NCBI GenBank assembly: GCA_045536915.1
Contig: JAZSOL010000041.1
Span: forward strand, 14,122-78,121
Length of the DNA: 64,000 bases
Direction of reading: 5' to 3'
Source of the DNA: Clostridia bacterium
GTDB taxonomy: Bacteria; Bacillota; Clostridia; UMGS1810
How positions within the stretch are numbered: position 1 is the stretch's first letter; each line of letters begins with the position of its first letter. The notes beneath the pieces are model-generated. The model did no database searches, was not told the DNA's origin, and saw nothing but the letters and a program-made list of their open reading frames with translations. The translations under genes were made by a program, and so were the position numbers. This document shows positions 41,059 to 49,565 of this stretch, in pieces.

Positions 41059-42129
41059 TTACGTTCCTATGGAAATTATAATTGTTATAATTAATATAAA
41101 TATTACCGTGATAACCAAAAAAATTCCGAGCATCATTTCAAGCACATCCGACACACATTCCAATGTTTTTGATGCACCGTCCGGTGAAACCAAAATCAAT
41201 ATTGAGGCTGTGATTTTAAAGGAAAGTACATATAAAGCAGTTTTAATTATCGGATAAAAACATATTGCCGTAATGGATGAAAAGCCCGCAATCCCAATGC
41301 TGTTTTTTAAAATCACTGAAGAATTTATCATACTGTTAACAGCTTCAGAAAGACATGCACCTACCACAGGCACAAAATTTGATACGGCGTATTTGGCAGT
41401 TCTGAGCGCAAGACTGTCTGACGTGATGCCGGAAAGTCCTGTGAAAGTCAGAATTCCGGCAAAAACAGTCAGCGAAAAACCGATAACATATTTTATTGTT
41501 TTATTAATCAGAGCTATAAAACGGCTAATGTTGACTGCGTTTGTTAATCCGTCAATCACACTTAGTATTCCACAGCTATATAGCAACGGCATTATTAAAT
41601 CATTTATCCCCTTGCTTAAAAACACAGACACCGTTGTGAAGTTTATTTGCATTGTTGCGGCAGTGGAAACATATCCTCCGCTCGCAAGTGTGCCGCACAA
41701 AACAGGAAAAGATACGCACATAAAATCCGTAAGGTCTTTAACCCCTTTGCAACACTCCTTTGAAACATCTCTGAAAAAAACAATAATAAACACAGCACTT
41801 GCACAATAACAACAAAATTCGGCAATTTTAGTTATTTCACCATTTCCGGAAATCGAAATAAGAACAGATGATATTAACTGAATCGCCATCAGCACTGCAA
41901 AAATACGCAGGCATGATTTATAATCCGACATTAATTCATCACCATAAGCTTCGTGTGCATTATTGAAAAAATCCAACATACTGCCTGTCTCCGTTTTTTG
42001 GTTTTTTAAGTATTGCGAAATTTCTTCGTTTGATTTATTGTGTATGTTTGAATCGGTTGCACAAACACATATGGGTAATAGTATAACGGCGGAAAAACAT
42101 ATGATTAAAAATAGCAATATTTTCTTCAT
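41059..42129 (-). CDS. spoIIIAE: Stage III sporulation protein AE
   Basis: A signal peptide is followed by a polytopic membrane protein of 356 aa. Its operon position is consistent. Confidence 0.8.
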   Translation of the reverse strand: MKKILLFLIICFSAVILLPICVCATDSNIHNKSNEEISQYLKNQKTETGSMLDFFNNAHEAYGDELMSDYKSCLRIFAVLMAIQLISSVLISISGNGEITKIAEFCCYCASAVFIIVFFRDVSKECCKGVKDLTDFMCVSFPVLCGTLASGGYVSTAATMQINFTTVSVFLSKGINDLIMPLLYSCGILSVIDGLTNAVNISRFIALINKTIKYVIGFSLTVFAGILTFTGLSGITSDSLALRTAKYAVSNFVPVVGACLSEAVNSMINSSVILKNSIGIAGFSSITAICFYPIIKTALYVLSFKITASILILVSPDGASKTLECVSDVLEMMLGIFLVITVIFILIITIIISIGT

Positions 42130-42518
42130 AATTCTTGTACCATAACTACGATTGTTTTAATGAAGCGGATAAATATTGGTGAAATCTGATACATCATAAT
42201 TATTTTGGTTGCAAAATATATTTGAGTTGATAAGTAATTTTCACCCGCATCGGAGCATAATTGCGCCGAAAACTCACCGATTAATGCTATAATTACAATT
42301 TTAATTATAGTTGAAAAATATGTTTCAAGTCCGGATGTCATCCTGGTAATACTGTTTAAAATAACAATGAGTTCGTTAACATAAGGCAAAACCATATATA
42401 TTGCCAGAAGGCCTGTGCCAAGTGCAATAAAAGGTACGAATGCAGCATTGAAGTTTTTTATGAACAAAGTTATAAGCATTGCGCATATTACAACAGAAAC
42501 AATTTTTAAAATTAACAT
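42126..42518 (-). CDS. spoIIIAD: Stage III sporulation protein AD
   Basis: This is a 130-aa four-TM protein. Its operon position is consistent. Confidence 0.8.
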   Translation of the reverse strand: MLILKIVSVVICAMLITLFIKNFNAAFVPFIALGTGLLAIYMVLPYVNELIVILNSITRMTSGLETYFSTIIKIVIIALIGEFSAQLCSDAGENYLSTQIYFATKIIMMYQISPIFIRFIKTIVVMVQEL

Positions 42519-42712
42519 TATAGCTCAAATAATGACTTTACAGTTTCAAACAGTTCACTTATCTGATTGACTATCATAACCATAACAACTATGAGTCCGG
42601 CAATTGTAACCATGAGTGCCTGTTCGTCACGACCGGACTGAACCAGAAGACGGTAAATAATTGCAACCACTATCCCTATAGCGGCAATTTTAAATATAAA
42701 TTCAACTTCCAT
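42518..42712 (-). CDS. spoIIIAC: Stage III sporulation protein AC
   Basis: This is a 64-aa two-TM protein (FKIAAIGIVVAI...TIAGLIVVMVMI). Its operon position is consistent. Confidence 0.8.
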   Translation of the reverse strand: MEVEFIFKIAAIGIVVAIIYRLLVQSGRDEQALMVTIAGLIVVMVMIVNQISELFETVKSLFEL

Positions 42713-42724
42713 ATGTATACCTCT

Positions 42725-43270
42725 TTACCAAAATATTATTGCAACAAGAACTCCGGCATATACACCTATTTTGCCGCTGTGTTCCCCTATCCGCTTGTAA
42801 TTTTCTGTTGCAGCTTCAAACTGCCTGGTAATCAACAACCGGAAATTTGATATGTTATTCATTTGGGTGTCTATATCTCCGCATCCGAGTATATTTCCGA
42901 ATTTTTTTAGTGTAACAATATCAGACCTTATATAATATGAATAGTTTTTTATCGATTCAACTGCATCTGCCCATATTGAAGAAAGCTGTTCACCGTCTGA
43001 TTTTTTCAGCTTGTCCAGAAAAACATTGAAAATGTGTTTGTTTAAATCTTCTGAAACAGGAATTGTTTTGAGAATCACTTTTTCTATATCATTTTGCATA
43101 TATCTTATTTCATTTTCTATTACGCAAAGACACGAATTCATATTTTCAAGCAGCTTGATTCTTTTTGAATAACCATACCTAATCGCAAATCCGCAGACAC
43201 CGCACGAAAATATTACTATAATTGCACCTGCAAGTTTAATCAACAATACCACCATCCAATATTTTCTCAA
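42725..43270 (-). CDS. spoIIIAB: Stage III sporulation protein AB
   Basis: It is about 175-181 aa, with one N-terminal and one C-terminal TM helix flanking a cytoplasmic helical domain. The exact start (43270 or 43255) is uncertain. Confidence 0.8.
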   Translation of the reverse strand: MRKYWMVVLLIKLAGAIIVIFSCGVCGFAIRYGYSKRIKLLENMNSCLCVIENEIRYMQNDIEKVILKTIPVSEDLNKHIFNVFLDKLKKSDGEQLSSIWADAVESIKNYSYYIRSDIVTLKKFGNILGCGDIDTQMNNISNFRLLITRQFEAATENYKRIGEHSGKIGVYAGVLVAIIFW

Positions 43271-44177
43271 TTGTTCCCGGCCCGTGACGACAGCTCAAAA
43301 CAATTATTTTTCGGAATATATCCACAGAATTTTTCAAGGCGATTTCATTATTTGATTCATCAAAACCATGTGTACTTGTTATTATTGAACAACCGGAGGC
43401 AATTGCATATTTTGCGGCCGCAATATCATCGGAACTTGCCAGCTCATCAGTAATAATAACATCAGGCGACATACTCCGTACAGCCATTGGTATTGCTACG
43501 GATTTAGAAATGTTGTATATTGCAGGAATACATATTCTGTTTTCCTGCAATGAATCATCGTATTTTTGAGGAACAAGTTCCCCTCTTTCGTCAACTCCAA
43601 CACATTTTATGATTTTGTTTGTGCATTTTATATCTGATAATTTATAAATTATTTCTCTTAGCATTGTTGTTTTGCCGCAACCGGGAGGAGATATTATAAG
43701 AGTGTTGTGTATGTGATTATCATAAATGTCGTTGAAAACAAGATCGGCGGCGCCGGGTATGCGATGAGCTATTCTGAAATTTATGAAATTTATGTTTTTG
43801 ATGCTAACTGCCTGTCCGTTATTCACAACGCAATCGCCGGCAATTCCCACTCTGTGACCGCCCGGTATTGTGAGAAAACCTTCGCTTATAAATCTGTTGT
43901 ATGCATATGATGAGGACTTGGTCAATAATTCGATGCATCTGTTGATATCATCTTCGGTTATCCTGTATGCATAGTCCAAATTATCGGTCAAACCAACATT
44001 TCCGGCATATTTTCTTATTCCTGAATACTCAATTATAATTGCACTTCCCATACACATCCTGATTTCTGAAACAGAATTATATATAGTGTACTCGGTTTTG
44101 TTAAGTATTGTTCTTACATTTCTCGGAAGAAAAACCCCGATTTGTAAATCAAAAATTCTCTTGTCCATAAAAATCAC
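43236..44177 (-). CDS. spoIIIAA: Stage III sporulation protein AA (secretion-type ATPase)
   Basis: Walker A is ISPPGCGKTTMLREI and Walker B is VIITDEL. It is the first gene of the operon. Confidence 0.88.
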   Translation of the reverse strand: MIFMDKRIFDLQIGVFLPRNVRTILNKTEYTIYNSVSEIRMCMGSAIIIEYSGIRKYAGNVGLTDNLDYAYRITEDDINRCIELLTKSSSYAYNRFISEGFLTIPGGHRVGIAGDCVVNNGQAVSIKNINFINFRIAHRIPGAADLVFNDIYDNHIHNTLIISPPGCGKTTMLREIIYKLSDIKCTNKIIKCVGVDERGELVPQKYDDSLQENRICIPAIYNISKSVAIPMAVRSMSPDVIITDELASSDDIAAAKYAIASGCSIITSTHGFDESNNEIALKNSVDIFRKIIVLSCRHGPGTIEKILDGGIVD

Positions 44178-44224
44178 TCCTGTTTAAATATATTTACATT
44201 TAAAAAAATTAGAACTTAATATGC

Positions 44225-44253
44225 TTGACAAATACAAATAATCCGTTTAAAAT
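44225..44253 (+). promoter_or_regulatory. Sigma-A type promoter upstream of sigH
   Basis: TTGACA is followed by a 17-nt spacer and TAAAAT. Confidence 0.5.
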
Positions 44254-44282
44254 AATATTATCTATTTTTCGAGGGTGTTATT

Positions 44283-44924
44283 ATGGATAAAGAAAATGCA
44301 ATAAATGTTGATTATTCAATATATAGTGATGAAGAATTGATATGTTTAACTAAATCCGGGGACGGATATGCTACAGAATATTTGCTTGGTAAATACAGAA
44401 ATTTTGTCAGAAGTCGTTCAAGAACATATTTTTTAATCGGTGCCGACCGCGAAGATATAATTCAGGAAGGAATGATCGGGCTCTACAAAGCTATCCGTGA
44501 TTTTAAGCCAAACACTAACGCAAGTTTTAAATCATTTGCAGAACTTTGCATAACCAGACAAATTATAACAGCAATAAAAACTGCAACCCGTCAGAAACAC
44601 ATTCCGCTTAATTCCTATATTTCGCTGAGCAGCCCTGCTTATGATGATGAAAACGACAGGCTTTTACTTGATACTGTTGTTGAACGAAAAAAAATGAATC
44701 CTGAAGAAATAATGATAAGCAAGGAACGCTTTAATCTGATTGAAGAAAAAATTTCAAAAATATTAAGCAAGCTTGAGTGGATTGTTCTTTCTCAATATCT
44801 TGAAGGTAAAAGCTATACGGAAATTGCAGCTCATATCGGAAAAAGTGAAAAATCCATAGATAATGCGTTGCAAAGAATTAAAAAGAAGATTGAGAAACAC
44901 ATCGTGAATGATCAGGAATTTTAA
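44283..44924 (+). CDS. sigH: RNA polymerase sporulation sigma factor SigH
   Basis: YRNFVRSRSRTYFLIGADREDIIQEGMIGLYKAIRDFKP and a region 4 (SYTEIAAHIGKSEKSIDNALQRIKKK) typical of Spo0H are present. Confidence 0.88.
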   Translation: MDKENAINVDYSIYSDEELICLTKSGDGYATEYLLGKYRNFVRSRSRTYFLIGADREDIIQEGMIGLYKAIRDFKPNTNASFKSFAELCITRQIITAIKTATRQKHIPLNSYISLSSPAYDDENDRLLLDTVVERKKMNPEEIMISKERFNLIEEKISKILSKLEWIVLSQYLEGKSYTEIAAHIGKSEKSIDNALQRIKKKIEKHIVNDQEF

Positions 44925-44993
44925 TTTCATAGCGTTTTGTGATAATTGCACAAAATAACTGTTGTTTTTTTGACATATTCGTCATATTAACTC

Positions 44994-45022
44994 TTGATTT
45001 ATTTTTGGAAAAGTGATATTAT
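44994..45022 (+). promoter_or_regulatory. Candidate sigma-A promoter with an extended -10 in the sigH-rplM spacer (no CDS downstream before a terminator)
   Basis: TTGATT (44994-44999) is followed by a 17-nt spacer and TGaTATTAT (TG at 45014-45015, -10 at 45017-45022). Confidence 0.4.
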
Positions 45023-45083
45023 ATAACCATACCACAACAAACAAACTTTTTTTCATTTTCCCTCCTTATTATAAGGAAAAAAG

Positions 45084-45118
45084 AAACAGATGGCATGCCG
45101 GCCATCTGTTTTCTTTTT
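45084..45118 (+). terminator. Rho-independent terminator (bidirectional in shape)
   Basis: An 11-bp stem aaacagatggc / gccatctgttt with loop atgccg is followed by tcttttt and preceded by an A-rich run. Confidence 0.8.
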
Positions 45119-45216
45119 AAAAAAATACATGTCAAATTTGAAAAACGGAGAAAAAACGAGTAAATCGAAGAAAAACAGAGTTTGATAATATTAAATTAAA
45201 AATTTCAAAAAATGTG

Positions 45217-45245
45217 TTGACAAATTAAATGTTTTGTATTACAAT
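45217..45245 (+). promoter_or_regulatory. Sigma-A type promoter of rplM-rpsI, with an A-rich UP-like element
   Basis: TTGACA is followed by a 17-nt spacer and TACAAT. It is preceded by aaaaatttcaaaaaa. Confidence 0.65.
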
Positions 45246-45289
45246 AGGCAAAGTTGATTAATAAAAGAAATAAACGGAGGTAAACTATT

Positions 45290-45727
45290 ATGAGTACTTT
45301 TATGGCAAAACCTGCCGAATTGGAAAGAAAATGGTACATTATCGATGCAGCTGATAAGTCGCTCGGTAGAGTTGCTGCTGCAGCAGCTTCCATTTTAAGA
45401 GGTAAAATCAAACCAACATTTACTCCTAACGTTGATTGCGGTGATTTCGTAATTATTCTCAATGCTGATAAGGTTGCTTTGACCGGTAAGAAGCTTGAAC
45501 AGAAATACTACAGATATCACACAGGTTATGTTGGCGGACTCAAAGAAATCAAATACAAACAGCTTATGGCTGAAAAACCTGAAAAAGCTATTATGCTTGC
45601 TGTTAAAGGTATGCTCCCCCACAACACAATCGGTGCTAACGCTTTGACAAGACTCAGAGTATATAAGGGTAGTGAACATAATCACGAAGCACAGAAACCG
45701 GAAGCATATACCGGTTTGATTAAATAA
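45290..45727 (+). CDS. rplM: 50S ribosomal protein L13
   Basis: The sequence [33 protein letters not shown] is present. Confidence 0.96.
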   Translation: MSTFMAKPAELERKWYIIDAADKSLGRVAAAAASILRGKIKPTFTPNVDCGDFVIILNADKVALTGKKLEQKYYRYHTGYVGGLKEIKYKQLMAEKPEKAIMLAVKGMLPHNTIGANALTRLRVYKGSEHNHEAQKPEAYTGLIK

Positions 45728-45742
45728 GGGAGGTAAAATAAC

Positions 45743-46135
45743 ATGGCAAAAGAACAGTTTTACGGCACAGGTAGAAGAAAAAGCTCTGTTGCAAGAGTAA
45801 GAATCGTTCCCGGTACCGGTAAAATAACAATAAACGATAGAGATATCGATGACTTTTTCGGTCTTGAAACCTTAAAGGTTGTTGTTAGACAGCCGTTGGT
45901 TGCTACAGATACATTAGGCAAATACGATGTAATCGCTAAGGTTACAGGCGGTGGCTTCACAGGTCAGGCCGGTGCTATCAGACATGGTCTTTCAAGAGCT
46001 CTCCTCACAGTTGAAGAAGAATTCAGAGCTCCTCTTAAAGCTGCAGGTTTCTTAACAAGAGACCCCAGAATGAAAGAAAGAAAGAAATACGGTCTCAAAG
46101 CAGCTCGTCGTGCTCCTCAGTTTTCAAAGAGATAA
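45743..46135 (+). CDS. rpsI: 30S ribosomal protein S9
   Basis: [14 protein letters not shown] and the C-terminal motif [16 protein letters not shown] are present. Confidence 0.96.
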   Translation: MAKEQFYGTGRRKSSVARVRIVPGTGKITINDRDIDDFFGLETLKVVVRQPLVATDTLGKYDVIAKVTGGGFTGQAGAIRHGLSRALLTVEEEFRAPLKAAGFLTRDPRMKERKKYGLKAARRAPQFSKR

Positions 46136-46149
46136 TTATTATCTACTTC

Positions 46150-46191
46150 AAATCCCAGAAACAAGCCGTTTCTGGGATTTTCTTTCGTTTT
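46150..46191 (+). terminator. Rho-independent terminator of rplM-rpsI
   Basis: A perfect 13-bp stem aaatcccagaaac / gtttctgggattt with loop aagcc is followed by tctttcgtttt. Confidence 0.85.
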
Positions 46192-46398
46192 ACCATAAAT
46201 TTTCAGAAAACTAAAAAGGGATGAAACCTAAAATGTGGATTTTATCTCGAGAAAACGACGTAGATTATATCATCGTTTTGGAGTTTACATAAAATTCGGG
46301 ACAGCCTCCGCGGGAAGAATGGAATATGTATCCCGGATGCTTTCGGTCACATACATTGATATAATCCAATATTAATTCCGTGTAAAACGCAAACAAAA

Positions 46399-46437
46399 AA
46401 GCACATCACAAATCAAATGTGATATGCTTTTTGTTTG
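46399..46437. terminator. Orphan bidirectional terminator-like hairpin inside the rpsI-uxaC spacer
   Basis: A 12-bp stem aagcacatcaca / tgtgatatgctt (one mismatch) is flanked by aaacaaaaaa upstream and tttgtttg downstream. It could end a + transcript, or a long uxaC 3' UTR on the - strand. Confidence 0.55.
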
Positions 46438-46561
46438 ACATACCATAGCGAAGTAATTAGCTAATTACACGTTGTATGTCATTATGCCGTATTGTTGATA
46501 TGTCGGAAAAGTCATATCGGAATCAAACACGACAGCAAGGTTGCACTGCGCATGCACTATG

Positions 46562-46575
46562 TGTGATCGATCACA
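46562..46575. promoter_or_regulatory. Perfect 14-bp palindrome matching the cre / LacI-family operator consensus
   Basis: TGTGATCGATCACA fits TGWNANCGNTNWCA at every specified position and is perfectly self-complementary. It lies 232 bp beyond the uxaC stop. Confidence 0.45.
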
Positions 46576-46806
46576 ATTTCAAAAGCTCAGTTTGTGTTTG
46601 ATATTTCATATCAAACATTCGCAACTTAACCTGATATATGGTTTGTTCGTTTTGCACTGCACATAATCAAAACAGCTTTAAATCTCATTAAAGCCAACCC
46701 GAACAATAACACCCATATCTGCAGCCATCACGAAAAACCTCTGCAATCAATCACAATAATATTATATGTTCGTTTGAGCGTTATAATACGCACTTTTCAA
46801 AAAATT

Positions 46807-48174
46807 TTAAAATCCAAAATATTCCTTTGCGTTATTATAGCAAATACCTTTTATGATTTTTTCAAGAGCTGCATAGTCTTCGGGATATTGCCCTTCTTCA
46901 ACCCATTCACCTATAAGATTGCAGAGAATTCTTCTGAAATATTCGTGACGAGTGTAGGAAACAAAACTTCTTGAATCCGTAAGCATTCCAACAAAACCGC
47001 CCAGAATACCGAGATTTGCAAGAGCTTTCATCTGTTGTTCCATACCGTCTTTATTATCATTAAACCACCATCCGGAACCAAACTGAATTTTGGATAAAAA
47101 CGGCGTTTTCTGGAAATTGCCGAGCATGGTTCCCAACACATAATTATCTTTCGGATTTAACGTATAGAGAATTGTTTTGGGAAGATTATCTTCTTTTTCA
47201 AGAGCATCAAGAAACATAGAAAGCTTTTTAGCGATATTATAATCCCCCACCGAATCAAAACCGGTATCCGGACCGAGCTTTTCAAACATACGCGTATTGT
47301 TATTGCGTATTGCGCCCATATGAAGCTGCATTGTCCAGCCGAGTTTGGAATACTCTTTTGCACAATGAAGAATTACCGCTGTTTTGTAAGCATCTTCCTG
47401 CTCTTTGGTTAAGGATTTTCCGCTTAATTTCAGCGTAAAAATTTCAGAAGCATCGCCTTCGGCATATGGCACGTATTCAACACCGTGATCTGAAAGTCTG
47501 CAACCGAGAGAGTGGAAATATTCAACTCTTGAAGAAAGCCAACTTAGAAGTTCATCATATGTTTTTGCTCCTGTTTTCTCTACAGCATCCTCAAATCCTT
47601 CTTTTCCAATTTCAACATATTTATCCGGACGGAATGTAGGAAGAACTTTCACTGCAAAACCATCATCTTTAAGTGCCTTATGATATTCAAGACTATCTAT
47701 GGGATCATCGGTGGTACAAACCACTTCAACATTTGAATTTATAATAAGGTTCTTAGCGGAAAACTCATCTTTCGAAAGAAGTTCATTACATTTATTCCAG
47801 ATTTTTTCGGCATTTTCTTCGTTTAAAATATCATCTATTCCAAAATATCTTTTAAGTTCAAGATGAGTCCAGTGATAAATAGGATTTCCAATAAGAAGCG
47901 GCATTATTGATGCAAATTTTTTGAATTTTTCAAATTCATCTGCATCGCCTGTGATATACTTCTCATCAATTCCTGCTGAACGCATCTGACGCCATTTATA
48001 GTGGTCACCGCCCAAAAACAGGTCAAATGCATTGCGGAATTTGTAGTCATCTGCAATCATCTTGGGCACAAGATGGCAGTGATAATCAATAATAGGCATA
48101 TTTTTGGCAAAATCATGATAGAGCTTTTTTGCAACTCTGCCATTTAAAATAAAATCATCGTGAATAAAACTCAT
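46807..48174 (-). CDS. uxaC: Glucuronate (uronate) isomerase
   Basis: MSFIHDDFILNGRVAKKLYHDFAKNMPIIDYHCHL is the hallmark UxaC N-terminus; the product is 455 aa. Confidence 0.93.
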   Translation of the reverse strand: MSFIHDDFILNGRVAKKLYHDFAKNMPIIDYHCHLVPKMIADDYKFRNAFDLFLGGDHYKWRQMRSAGIDEKYITGDADEFEKFKKFASIMPLLIGNPIYHWTHLELKRYFGIDDILNEENAEKIWNKCNELLSKDEFSAKNLIINSNVEVVCTTDDPIDSLEYHKALKDDGFAVKVLPTFRPDKYVEIGKEGFEDAVEKTGAKTYDELLSWLSSRVEYFHSLGCRLSDHGVEYVPYAEGDASEIFTLKLSGKSLTKEQEDAYKTAVILHCAKEYSKLGWTMQLHMGAIRNNNTRMFEKLGPDTGFDSVGDYNIAKKLSMFLDALEKEDNLPKTILYTLNPKDNYVLGTMLGNFQKTPFLSKIQFGSGWWFNDNKDGMEQQMKALANLGILGGFVGMLTDSRSFVSYTRHEYFRRILCNLIGEWVEEGQYPEDYAALEKIIKGICYNNAKEYFGF

Positions 48175-49565
48175 AGTATTACACCATCCTTAAATATCGA
48201 AATTTCTCTGTAGCCGTTTTCTTCGCAGAGGCATTTCTCCCCTTCTGCCACTCTTATTATATACTTATAGAGCTCATTTGTCAATTCTTCCATAGAAACA
48301 CCGTTAAGTAGCTTTCCGGCATCGAAATCAATCCAGTTTTTCTTTTTTTGTGCAAGCGCGGAATTGGTGGAGATTTTAACGGTTGGAACTGCACCGCCAA
48401 ACGGTGTGCCTCTTCCGGTTGTGAAAAGAACAATATGCGCTCCCGATACGGCAAGGTTGGTTACGGCAACAAGGTCGTTGCCGGGACCGTTCATAAGCGA
48501 CAGCCCTTTTTCTTTTAATCTGTCTCCATAGTCAAGAACGTCTGTAACTGTTGCAAGACCGCCTTTTTGTACGCACCCAAGCGATTTTTCCTCAAGAGTT
48601 GTTATGCCGCCTTTTTTGTTGCCGGGAGATGGGTTTTCGTATATTGGTTGGTTATGAGCGATAAAATATTTTTTATAATCATTTATCATCTTCACTGTTT
48701 TATCAAACACTTCTTTAGTTTTGCATCTCTCCATCAAAATGTGTTCGGCACCAAACATTTCAGGTACTTCCGTAAGAACGCAGGTGCCTCCGGCAGACAC
48801 AATCTTATTGCATAAAGCTCCAACAAGCGGATTTGCTGTTATTCCGCTATATCCGTCGCTGCCGCCGCATTTAAGACCGATTTTAAGCTCTGAAACGGGA
48901 ACACTGCGTCTTTCATCACGTGAAGCTATTAATTTGAGTTTATTTATAATATTCACGCCTTCGGAAATTTCATCTTCACAGTCCTGCGTGTTTAAAAATT
49001 TTATTCTTTCCTCATCAACTTTACCCAGCACCGTTTTAAAAACATCAATATTATTGTTTTCACAACCAAGCCCCAACACAAGAACACCGCCGGCATTAGG
49101 ATGTTTCACAAGATTTGCAAGAACTTTTTGGGTAATTTCCATATCACCGCCAAGCTGCGAACAACCGTAGGGATGCGGAAAATAAAATGCACCTGTTTTT
49201 TCGGCGATTATTTGCGCAGTTTTGTTTATGCAGCCAACCGTGTTGACTATCCATATATCATTACGAATACCGATTTCTCCATTTTTTCTGACATATGCCA
49301 TAAAAGTTTCGGACGTTTCAGACGGTGTGATTCCGTAGTCTTTGAAATTATATTTATACTCAGAGATATCGGATAAGTTTGTTTTGAGATTTTGGGAATG
49401 CACGTGTTCACCGTTTTTTATATCCTCTGTTGCATGCCCGATAGGAAATCCGTATTTGATTATTTCTTCACCGGCTTTGATATTACGCAATGCATATTTA
49501 TGACCATCATCCGGATTCACAAATACGTTATCTTCTGAGCTGATAATAAACTTATTATTTGCCAA
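48171..49565 (-). CDS. uxaA: Altronate dehydratase
   Basis: An SAF-domain N-terminus (KFIISSEDNVFV...ALRNIKAGEEIIKYG.PIGHA) and the UxaA/GarD C-terminal domain are present. By homology the start is most likely TTG 49565 (after AAGGAG), overlapping the uxaB stop by 11 nt. The ORF is open to 49649. Confidence 0.85.
   Translation of the reverse strand: MANNKFIISSEDNVFVNPDDGHKYALRNIKAGEEIIKYGFPIGHATEDIKNGEHVHSQNLKTNLSDISEYKYNFKDYGITPSETSETFMAYVRKNGEIGIRNDIWIVNTVGCINKTAQIIAEKTGAFYFPHPYGCSQLGGDMEITQKVLANLVKHPNAGGVLVLGLGCENNNIDVFKTVLGKVDEERIKFLNTQDCEDEISEGVNIINKLKLIASRDERRSVPVSELKIGLKCGGSDGYSGITANPLVGALCNKIVSAGGTCVLTEVPEMFGAEHILMERCKTKEVFDKTVKMINDYKKYFIAHNQPIYENPSPGNKKGGITTLEEKSLGCVQKGGLATVTDVLDYGDRLKEKGLSLMNGPGNDLVAVTNLAVSGAHIVLFTTGRGTPFGGAVPTVKISTNSALAQKKKNWIDFDAGKLLNGVSMEELTNELYKYIIRVAEGEKCLCEENGYREISIFKDGVIL

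Noticed and set aside
44178-44282. A sigma-E/sigma-G type promoter for the spoIIIA operon.
   Set aside because: A CATATT-like -35 is present on the - strand, but I could not find a matching CATACA-T -10 at proper spacing, so I made no call.
46233-46292. Small + strand ORFs in the rpsI-uxaC spacer (for example MWILSRENDVDYIIVLEFT, 19 aa) and a 16-aa - strand ORF (MAADMGVIVRVGFNEI).
   Set aside because: Their Shine-Dalgarno spacing is poor and the peptides show no recognisable features (not hydrophobic toxin-like). They are indistinguishable from chance ORFs.
46186-46806. The long spacer as one of the standard housekeeping RNAs (RNase P RNA, tmRNA, SRP/4.5S RNA), a riboswitch I know by motif, a CRISPR array or oriC.
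   Set aside because: I could not find several hallmark motifs: the RNase P P4 motif GAGGAAAGUCC, a tRNA-like 3' end with a tag ORF, the SRP GGAAGCAGCC motif, repeated spacers, or DnaA boxes. No gene lies downstream for a riboswitch to control. 6S RNA cannot be excluded by eye.
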